Shown in pieces: positions 54,231-60,644 of a stretch of 60,644 bases of DNA. The stretch comes from Halobacteriota archaeon. GTDB lineage: Archaea; Halobacteriota; Syntropharchaeia; Alkanophagales; Methanospirareceae. The notes beneath the pieces were generated by a model. The model did no database searches, was not told where the DNA came from, and saw only the letters and a program-made list of their open reading frames with translations. A program made the translations under genes and the position numbers. How positions within the stretch are numbered: position 1 is the first letter of the stretch; each line of letters begins with the position of its first letter. Where the stretch lies: assembly GCA_049287525.1 (NCBI GenBank), contig JBAQFZ010000142.1, forward strand, positions 1 to 60,644, read 5' to 3'.

Positions 54231-54255
54231 TATAGTCACATTATTTTTGACTATA
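54231..54255. promoter_or_regulatory. Palindrome TATAGTCA-n9-TGACTATA overlapping the minus-strand TATA box of the binding-protein gene
   Basis: Read directly from the sequence. The minus strand reads TTTATATAGTCAAAAATAATGTGACTATAC, about 100 nt upstream of the ATG at 54136. Confidence 0.4.
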
Positions 54256-54504
54256 TAAATACCTTTTACTACTCCGCATCAATCATACTGCTACTTTTCA
54301 TCCTTCTCACCACCCGATTATTTTTCGCGATGCTTCATCAAGAATCGCACAGAACTTGCTATTGTTGAAACCCGTGTCATTTCGGGATTGTTGTGGTCTG
54401 CGGTTTGTCATTCATGTTGGATTTAATCTATATTTCTCCAATTATATTTATATATCTATGCCTATGCCTATGAAGTAACTGGTGAAAAAAAGCAAAAGAA
54501 TTAA

Positions 54505-54528
54505 ATGATGATGATGATGATGAAATGA
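54505..54528 (+). repeat. (ATG)6 microsatellite forming the mini-ORF MMMMMMK-stop, which overlaps the start codon of the next gene
   Basis: ATGATGATGATGATGATGAAATGA. The main ATG is at 54525 in a different frame (AAATGA overlap). Confidence 0.6.
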
Positions 54529-55070
54529 AAGCACCGGAAAGAATCACGATAGCTATGGACGAAGATACATTTGGAATATTTAAGAAGATGAGGGATGACC
54601 TGGGAATATCGCAAAGCGAGTTAATGCGTGAAGCATTGAAATTCTACAGCAAACATAAAACGCTGTTTGAGTCCATCGAGGATAAAAAGGTTTATACCCA
54701 CGCGGAGATGCTCTCGGCAGGCGAGCACATCATATTGGACATAGACCACTGGCTTCTATTCTTGAGCTTTATCGAATCGCATCCAGAAAAGGAGCAATTC
54801 TGGAAGTTGCATACGGCAATATGCGAAGCCCATGCGGAGCAGTTCAAGCACAAATTTTATCGTGTAGAATATATCCTAAAACGACTCGAAGCTTGCAATT
54901 TCTTTAAATTAAGCAAAAATTCTAAAGATGAGTTCACTCTCGTTTTAGGTTCTAACATGCCAAAGAAGTTCGTTAAAACCGAGCTTGAAGAGATATTTAG
55001 AGGAATGGGCTTCCAGGTCGAGATAAAAGAGGATTTCGCAAAGCTGAGGGTGAAAGTGTTGCATGAATGA
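54525..55070 (+). CDS. Ribbon-helix-helix (CopG-like) domain protein with an uncharacterised C-terminal domain
   Basis: ERITIAMDEDTFGIFKKMRDDLGISQSELMREALKFY fits the RHH beta-alpha-alpha pattern. Confidence 0.6.
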   Translation: MKAPERITIAMDEDTFGIFKKMRDDLGISQSELMREALKFYSKHKTLFESIEDKKVYTHAEMLSAGEHIILDIDHWLLFLSFIESHPEKEQFWKLHTAICEAHAEQFKHKFYRVEYILKRLEACNFFKLSKNSKDEFTLVLGSNMPKKFVKTELEEIFRGMGFQVEIKEDFAKLRVKVLHE

Positions 55071-55174
55071 TAATAATCAGTTTCCCTTACTCAGAGATGC
55101 AATCCTGAACGATTGAATCCGCTTCGCCATCCTGCGTTTTCAGCTGCCCGCTGCGTCATAAATATTGTTAAGCC

Positions 55175-55750
55175 CTAAGAGATATAATTCAATAATTTCC
55201 TGAATGCTCTACCTCTATGCGATATTTTATTCTTCTCCCCGGTGCTCAGTTCCGCAAATGTCTTCCCTACGCCTTCATATTCAAATATAGGGTCAAATCC
55301 AAAGCCACCTTTCCCCCTTATCGCATTCGCTATCTTGCCCTCGACTGTACCGACAAAAAGAATCGGGTCCTCTTCCACGGATTCGCATAATGCCACGACC
55401 GTTTTAAAAGTAGCCCTTCGTGCCTCTCCTTTCTTATCCACCATCAACTTTAATATCCCATCATTTCCTATGCTCTTGAAGACAAAAGCGGAAAAAGGGC
55501 CAGGAAAACCATTTAACGAGGGAATAAACAACCCGGAGTCTTCTAAGAAGAACGGTGTTCTTATCCCCGGATGTTTCCTCATATAATTCGCACTCTCGCG
55601 CGCTACTTCTTCGCTCGCATCAAGCTGTCGTTCGGGATAGTCATATTCAAGATGGGCGATGGTTATATCCCACGATTCGACTTCTGCCAGGTCCCTTATC
55701 TCTTTTACTTTGTGCGCGTTCGTGGTGATGAAGACTATCTCTTTTCGCAA
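55175..55750 (-). CDS. rdgB: Non-canonical purine NTP pyrophosphatase (RdgB/HAM1 family)
   Basis: FITTN..K..E, EDSGL....L.G.PG..SA, FGFDPIF, TFAEL...EKN.ISHRG.A. Confidence 0.85.
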   Translation of the reverse strand: MRKEIVFITTNAHKVKEIRDLAEVESWDITIAHLEYDYPERQLDASEEVARESANYMRKHPGIRTPFFLEDSGLFIPSLNGFPGPFSAFVFKSIGNDGILKLMVDKKGEARRATFKTVVALCESVEEDPILFVGTVEGKIANAIRGKGGFGFDPIFEYEGVGKTFAELSTGEKNKISHRGRAFRKLLNYIS

Positions 55751-55756
55751 TCGCCT

Positions 55757-56512
55757 TTACTCCGATTCTATCCGCGGCGCCAGCAAATAGCTTACTTTTA
55801 CTTTGCCCTCTGCCAGTTCAAAATCCATTTGCAGTGGATAATTCATACCCAGATTGAGCGTTATATTCTCGGTATGGCTCATTCCTTTGCTCATTGCCGA
55901 GATGTACTCCCGCGAATATAAGGAACTAACCGTTTCTGGTGTCAAATGTATCAATTGCTCCTTGCTCAAGCTTAGCCGTAATTTATCCATCTCACTCTCT
56001 GCCACCATATAGAACTCTTCTCCAGCCACGCCGAGCACGATGCTATCGCCTATCTTCTCCGCAGCACGTATTGCCCTTCTGAACTCTTCCGTCTCGATGA
56101 TTACCTGTGCGGGGAACTCAAGTTCCGGCACCTTTGGCTCCTTTCGAAGCGTTGAGGGGTCAAGCAATGAGAGCGTGTAGTCAAGACTGCCCATCTTTGT
56201 GTATAATTTCTGTGCATGCTCGTCCAATTTCAGCTCAACGTCTTCTTTGCCACCTATGCCTAAGATTCCAAGTAACTTCATGAAATCTATACCTACTTCG
56301 AGTTCATTATCCCCTTCTGACTCAGTGGTGAACCGATATTCAGCGAAGGCATCACTTTTCAGCACAAAAGAGATCATTGACACATTCGCAGGGTCTACCG
56401 CTCTTAGCTTCATACCTGCCTCCGTCAGTCTTAACTTTCCTTCATCCACGACCGCAGTAATCGCCTCTATGCACTCTCTTAACGTGCTTGCCTCTATCTT
56501 AGCCTCAAACAT
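55757..56512 (-). CDS. pcn: DNA polymerase sliding clamp PCNA
   Basis: 251 aa. The N-terminus MFEAKIEASTLRECIEAITAVVDEGKLRLTEAGMKLRAVDPANVSMISF and the C-terminus YLLAPRIE are typical of archaeal PCNA. Confidence 0.9.
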   Translation of the reverse strand: MFEAKIEASTLRECIEAITAVVDEGKLRLTEAGMKLRAVDPANVSMISFVLKSDAFAEYRFTTESEGDNELEVGIDFMKLLGILGIGGKEDVELKLDEHAQKLYTKMGSLDYTLSLLDPSTLRKEPKVPELEFPAQVIIETEEFRRAIRAAEKIGDSIVLGVAGEEFYMVAESEMDKLRLSLSKEQLIHLTPETVSSLYSREYISAMSKGMSHTENITLNLGMNYPLQMDFELAEGKVKVSYLLAPRIESE

Positions 56513-56648
56513 TTCTCTTTATTCCTCCTCTGTCTGTTCTATAACATACATGTATTATTGTTACTGTAATGTTAAACAATAAAGTAAGGTATATGAATAT
56601 TTAAATAAACCAACCATTCGATGCGAAAGAAGTCAGTGAAAGTGATTC

Positions 56649-57833
56649 CTAAATTTCACTCAACCTTGCAATGCTCTCAACCGTTTCCAAAAACTTATCT
56701 AACTCCTCTTCTATGTTATATAGATACAAAGAAGCCCTGACCGTTCCCTCCAAACCCAAATAATTCATCAACGGCATGCAGCAGTGATGTCCCGACCGGA
56801 CCATTATATCAGAGGCATCGTCAAGCATTAACGCAACATCGTGCGGATTCATGCCTTTTATATTAAAGGAGACCACGCCAATCCTATCCTTTAGAGTCGT
56901 AGAGCCATATACCTGCACATTTCCCGTATCCAGCAGTCCTGATAGGAGCATCTTTGTCAATTTCGATTCATGTGACTTCATCTCATTCATTCCCACTTCC
57001 TGCAAATAATCGACCGCCCTTCCAAGTCCGATACAGCCCGCGATATTTGGCGTCCCTGCCTCAAATCGCTCATAGCCCGCAGCCAATTTGTAATCATCCA
57101 GGGATACCTCCTCTATCATGCCACCACCAAAAAAGCTCGGCTCTATCCCTTCTGGATCTTTCATCCAAAGGACGCCTGTTCCGGTCGGTCCAAGCATCTT
57201 ATGCCCCGAGAATGCGAAGAAGTTACAGCCAAGCACCTCTACATCTATGCTAATATGAGGAGCGGACTGCGCACCATCAACGAGCAATAACGCATTACTC
57301 TCTCTGCAAAGCGCCGATATTTCTTTGATTGGTGAAATCGTGCCTAAGACATTTGATACATGTGTTACAGCAACCAATCGCGTTCCGGCATCAATGGCAG
57401 CCTCAAAATCCGCGACATCGAATAGCCCATCCCTATTCGGCTTCACGATTTTTATATTTACGCCCTTCTCTTTCAACCTCAACCAGGGTAGGAAATTAGA
57501 ATGGTGCTCCAGCGCAGTTGTTACTACTTCGTCCCCCTTCTCCCACTTTAACCCATACGCAACCATATTTATCGCTTCGGTCGTATTCTTTGTGAATATG
57601 ACCTCCCCTTCTTTCGCACCTATGAATCCCGCAACCTTTCTGTGCGCATCTTCATAGTACTGCGTTGCCATCTTTGCCAATCTGTGAACGCCACGCCCCA
57701 CATTCGCATTATAATCCCGGTAATATCTCGAAACAGCTTCTACGACTGGTTCTGGTGTGAGACTCGTTGCTCCACTGTCCATGTAGATTATATCCCTCAA
57801 TATAGGGAAATCCGCTCTTAATTTATCATTCAT
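56649..57833 (-). CDS. sufS: Cysteine desulfurase, SufS/CsdA-like class V PLP enzyme
   Basis: The PLP lysine context is FSGHKMLGPTG. The active-site loop RSGHHCCMPL is typical of group II (SufS). Confidence 0.85.
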   Translation of the reverse strand: MNDKLRADFPILRDIIYMDSGATSLTPEPVVEAVSRYYRDYNANVGRGVHRLAKMATQYYEDAHRKVAGFIGAKEGEVIFTKNTTEAINMVAYGLKWEKGDEVVTTALEHHSNFLPWLRLKEKGVNIKIVKPNRDGLFDVADFEAAIDAGTRLVAVTHVSNVLGTISPIKEISALCRESNALLLVDGAQSAPHISIDVEVLGCNFFAFSGHKMLGPTGTGVLWMKDPEGIEPSFFGGGMIEEVSLDDYKLAAGYERFEAGTPNIAGCIGLGRAVDYLQEVGMNEMKSHESKLTKMLLSGLLDTGNVQVYGSTTLKDRIGVVSFNIKGMNPHDVALMLDDASDIMVRSGHHCCMPLMNYLGLEGTVRASLYLYNIEEELDKFLETVESIARLSEI

Positions 57834-58063
57834 ACTTCATTCGTACCCCTCCCTCTTCTATATACTATGAGGTCTATCGTTATATCTTTATTTAATCGCC
57901 ATGAATTCTTGCTCTTATCCATCCAATTTGCAAACTATCTTGCGGTTGTGGGTGTTGGGAAGAAAGAATGGTGGATTGCAATACATTTCCACTCGCTCCG
58001 CTAATCATGGCAACTGCGCCATGCACCTGACTGACCCGGGTGCTATTCACGGACTGGAGTTAT

Positions 58064-58216
58064 TTACTCCGCCACAACGTTTTCAGACCGACACGAAGGG
58101 CAGATTACTTTTTCGCCCATCCCATCGAACTTGTTCCCACAGTCCCTGCACCGGTATCTCGTCATTTCTAACTTCTCTATTTCAAAATTGAAGTCGCCTC
58201 CTCCTACACTACACAT
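58064..58216 (-). CDS. Small zinc-ribbon protein
   Basis: CRDCGNKF...CPSCRS forms CxxC-x13-CxxC. The start is placed at MCSVGG, behind an AGGAGG RBS. The ORF is open to 58270. Confidence 0.45.
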   Translation of the reverse strand: MCSVGGGDFNFEIEKLEMTRYRCRDCGNKFDGMGEKVICPSCRSENVVAE

Positions 58217-58286
58217 CTCTCCATAGCCTCCTTTATTTTTATACATTCCTAAAAATACCGGAAATGTCACGTATAGGAAATTGATA

Positions 58287-58314
58287 GATATGAATATAAA
58301 AGGATAGGTTTATA
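58287..58314 (+). promoter_or_regulatory. Copy 1 of a 28-nt motif GATATGAATATAAAAG-n4-GGTTTATA, upstream of mqnA
   Basis: 26 of 28 nt are identical, with identical spacing, to 59375-59402. Confidence 0.6.
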
Positions 58315-58360
58315 CGAATGAAGGTCCTGGTATCTAAGAGCCTATTCGAAGGAGGTGTTA

Positions 58361-59107
58361 ATGAGCCTGAAAATCGGTAAATTTGGATTGGTGAATAACT
58401 TCTTGCCCTATTACCGGCTTGAGCAGGACGGTGTGGAGGTAATCGAGGCATTACCAAAACAGCTTGCCGGGATGTTTGAAACGGGAGAAATAGATTTCGC
58501 TCCTGTTCCTACCTTCTATTATATAAAGAACCGGGATAAGTTAAGAACCTATGAGTTCTGCATTGCATCGCGGGATAGCGTTTTGAGTGTAGTGGTCGTT
58601 TCGAGGGGGAAGATGCTTGAGGAAGGATGTATTGCAGTAACAAGCCAGACAGTAACGTCGCTAAATCTACTGAAAATCATATTGAGTGAGAGAGGGCGGA
58701 ATAACAGGGTTGTGCGTGTGAATGCGAGTAAAGCAAGCGAGTTACTTAAGCACGGCACGTATGCGCTTGTGATTGGCGATGAAGCAATCAAAGCGAGGAT
58801 GAGCTATCGGGTTGTCATGGATTTGGGTGAGGAATGGTCTGGATTAACCGGCTATCCGATGGTGTTCGGGATTTCAACATCGCGTAAAGAGAGGGATATG
58901 AGTGAAGTAAATAAAACAGTTATGGAATCGGTCGAGTGGGGGGAGAAGAACATTGATGTGATTATATCGGAAGCCGGGAAGAAGTTTGGATTGCCATTAG
59001 ACTTCCTCCGCAAGTATTTCAAATCGCTTACGTATCGGATGGGGTCGAGAGAAAAGAGAGGGCTTGCGCTGTTCGGGAAGAAGTGCCATGAATACGAGTT
59101 ACTCTGA
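58361..59107 (+). CDS. mqnA: MqnA-like chorismate dehydratase (futalosine pathway, VitK2_biosynth family)
   Basis: LKIGKFGLVNNFLPYY, GEIDFAPVP, LVIGDEA and the C-terminal YRMGSREKRGLALF. ATG follows a GGAGGTG RBS. Confidence 0.7.
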   Translation: MSLKIGKFGLVNNFLPYYRLEQDGVEVIEALPKQLAGMFETGEIDFAPVPTFYYIKNRDKLRTYEFCIASRDSVLSVVVVSRGKMLEEGCIAVTSQTVTSLNLLKIILSERGRNNRVVRVNASKASELLKHGTYALVIGDEAIKARMSYRVVMDLGEEWSGLTGYPMVFGISTSRKERDMSEVNKTVMESVEWGEKNIDVIISEAGKKFGLPLDFLRKYFKSLTYRMGSREKRGLALFGKKCHEYELL

Positions 59108-59374
59108 CTGGAGGGGATGTTTAGATAAGAATTTGAAAGGCGAAGATTTGGCGCAGATGAGAATTGCACCTAAAACGCTTACCCCTCTCCTCTACCTTCA
59201 GGTCTTCCAATTGTGAGAGCTTGAAGGGGAACTCACCATTGAGGAACCCAAGCGGATTTTTACCCGCGGGTAATTCCTCCAGGGATTTCCAAACGTGCTT
59301 CATGATACCTGGCAGAGCCAGAAAGAGTTCTATTCATGCCCTGCTCTTTTCATGAGAGGTCATATTCATTATTG

Positions 59375-59402
59375 GATATGAATATAAAAGAAGAGGTTTA
59401 TA
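59375..59402 (+). promoter_or_regulatory. Copy 2 of the 28-nt motif, upstream of the radical-SAM mqn gene
   Basis: GATATGAATATAAAAGAAGAGGTTTATA. It is preceded by the inverted partner CATATTCAT at 59361-59369. Confidence 0.6.
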
Positions 59403-59467
59403 TGTAGTCAGAGAAAAGAAGCCATAAGCATATTTATTAATACTCACAAAATTGAAGACAATCAAAA

Positions 59468-60514
59468 ATGGAAGAATGGACACCGAAAACAATTGAGGAC
59501 CTCTTTGGTAGGAGCGTTCATGAACTCGGAGCGTTAGCAGATTGCATCAATCGAGAGAACGAGAATATCGTAACATTTGTGGTTAACCGGCATATAAACT
59601 ACTCGAATATCTGCGTTTCTCGATGCCCGCTCTGCGCTTTCTACCGTGACCGCGGAGATACCGATGCCTATTTTATGAGCATGGAAGAGCTGCTTCAAAA
59701 CGCTGATCATGCGATCAAAATGGGTGCTACGGAGCTCCATATAGTCGGCGCACTCAATTTTGAAATGAATGTGGAATACTTCGAGGAATTATTCAGCCAG
59801 ATAAAAAGGAGAGCTCCAAACGTGGTTATCAAAGCGTTGACTGCCGTTGAAATAAGCTTTCTTGCGCATGTCGAGAAGATGAGTGCTGCTGAAGTGCTCT
59901 CAAGGCTGAAGGATGCCGGACTACAAGCAATGCCTGGAGGGGGAGCGGAGATCCTTGATGATGAGATACGGGAGATTATCTGCCCGAACAAAATAAAAGC
60001 GGAAGAATGGCTTCGGATAATGGAGATAGCCCATAACCTTGGTCTAAAAAGCAATGCAACAATGCTCTTCGGGCATATTGAAAAGCAAAACCACAGGGCT
60101 ACTCATCTCTATAAGCTCTGGAAGCTGCAAGAGAAAACAAATGGCTTTGTCTCCTTCATTCCTCTCCCTTTCCATCCAGAAAACACCGAACTACATGCAA
60201 TGGGGCTTGTTGAAGAAAAGACGAATGCTGTTGATGTCCTCAAAACGATAGCCATTTCGAGAATAGTTCTGCGGAACTTTCGCAGTATAAGGGCATACTG
60301 GGTCTCGCTGGGTGAGAAACTCGCTCAAGTGGCTTTGAATTACGGTGCGAACGATTTGGACGGAACGCTTATGGAGGAAAGGATTACCCATGCGGCTGGT
60401 GCAAAAACACCCCTTATGCTTCCAATAAATAAGATTCTGGCTCTTGCGAAGGGTGCTAATAAAATACCCGCGGAGAGGGACACATTTTACCATATTTTGA
60501 GGGTGTATTCATGA
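59468..60514 (+). CDS. Radical SAM enzyme of the MqnE/MqnC/CofH family; most likely aminofutalosine synthase or cyclic dehypoxanthine futalosine synthase, given the mqnA neighbour
   Basis: CxxxCxxC cluster NICVSRCPLCAF and the typical length of 348 aa. MqnE, MqnC and CofG/H cannot be separated by eye. Confidence 0.75.
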   Translation: MEEWTPKTIEDLFGRSVHELGALADCINRENENIVTFVVNRHINYSNICVSRCPLCAFYRDRGDTDAYFMSMEELLQNADHAIKMGATELHIVGALNFEMNVEYFEELFSQIKRRAPNVVIKALTAVEISFLAHVEKMSAAEVLSRLKDAGLQAMPGGGAEILDDEIREIICPNKIKAEEWLRIMEIAHNLGLKSNATMLFGHIEKQNHRATHLYKLWKLQEKTNGFVSFIPLPFHPENTELHAMGLVEEKTNAVDVLKTIAISRIVLRNFRSIRAYWVSLGEKLAQVALNYGANDLDGTLMEERITHAAGAKTPLMLPINKILALAKGANKIPAERDTFYHILRVYS

Positions 60515-60563
60515 AGACAAACAAGCACAGCGATTAATCTACTAAAAATCCTTTTATCAGTGA

Positions 60564-60644
60564 ATGAAAGTCACCTACCGATTGGGAGTGGAAGAGCGAA
60601 AAGGGCTCGAAGTCTTTGAGGAGAGATGTTATGAATACGGGTTG
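60564..60644 (+). CDS. Partial ORF (27 codons, runs off the right edge) resembling the C-terminal tail of MqnA/MqnD proteins
   Basis: MKVTYRLGVEERKGLEVFEERCYEYGL compares with the MqnA tail LTYRMGSREKRGLALFGKKCHEYELL. A stop codon lies immediately upstream in frame. Confidence 0.25.
   Translation, partial: MKVTYRLGVEERKGLEVFEERCYEYGL

Noticed and set aside
57901-58191. 96-aa + strand ORF, plus a GTG-initiated minus-strand frame of about 50 codons, in the sufS/zinc-ribbon spacer.
   Set aside because: The + ORF overlaps the zinc-ribbon gene antisense and has a Ser/Pro/His-rich composition. Neither frame shows motifs or a convincing start.
59121-59303. 60-aa minus-strand ORF (MKHVWKSLEELPAGKNPLGFLNGEFPFKL...) between mqnA and the radical SAM gene.
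   Set aside because: No recognisable motif and no clear RBS, and it lies in what is probably promoter or terminator space. It might be a gene relic, but I cannot support a call.
1-60644. Looked for rRNA genes, tRNA genes and CRISPR arrays (regular direct repeats with spacers) in all intergenic regions.
   Set aside because: None of the intergenic stretches shows tRNA-like GC-rich cloverleaf arms, rRNA-like sequence or regularly spaced repeats. This was checked by eye only, so a dedicated tRNA or CRISPR scan would be needed for certainty.

Overview
This is an archaeal chromosomal segment that is densely coding on both strands. I saw no rRNA, tRNA or CRISPR array. Marker genes point to a methane- or alkane-metabolising euryarchaeon, possibly ANME-1-like, though that lineage call is an inference. 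The markers are archaeal aTrm56, RtcB, Sec61-beta and PCNA, fused sulfopyruvate decarboxylase ComDE (coenzyme M synthesis), an FwdE-family protein, a metV-metF pair, and futalosine-pathway genes. The most striking feature is a very large Mrp/Mbh-type membrane-arm locus at about 16.9-28.5 kb. It holds the small subunits F, G, E, DUF4040, MbhE-like, B and C, plus five tandem NuoL/M/N-type antiporter subunits, and no redox module is visible. A sixth antiporter paralog lies at 12-13.5 kb. Three of these paralogs share nearly identical 5' halves, which suggests gene conversion. A four-gene insert of uncharacterised genes separates the outlying paralog from the main cluster. Other content: a MinD gene divergent from a catalytically degenerate FlaI-like ATPase; ClC channel; IDH/IPMDH-family dehydrogenase; MoaC and a MoaE-like gene; ArgH; a divergent bacterial-type recQ/uvrC pair in which uvrC is frameshifted and truncated; an FwdE-like gene translationally coupled to an Opp/Nik-type ABC transporter whose binding protein carries a PGF-CTERM signal; feoA-feoA and a split feoB; an unusual two-component module lacking a kinase catalytic domain; two GlmU-like genes plus glmS; an IS remnant beside an orphan binding protein; an RHH regulator; RdgB; and SufS. 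Two short, highly conserved promoter-proximal DNA motifs recur upstream of different operons.
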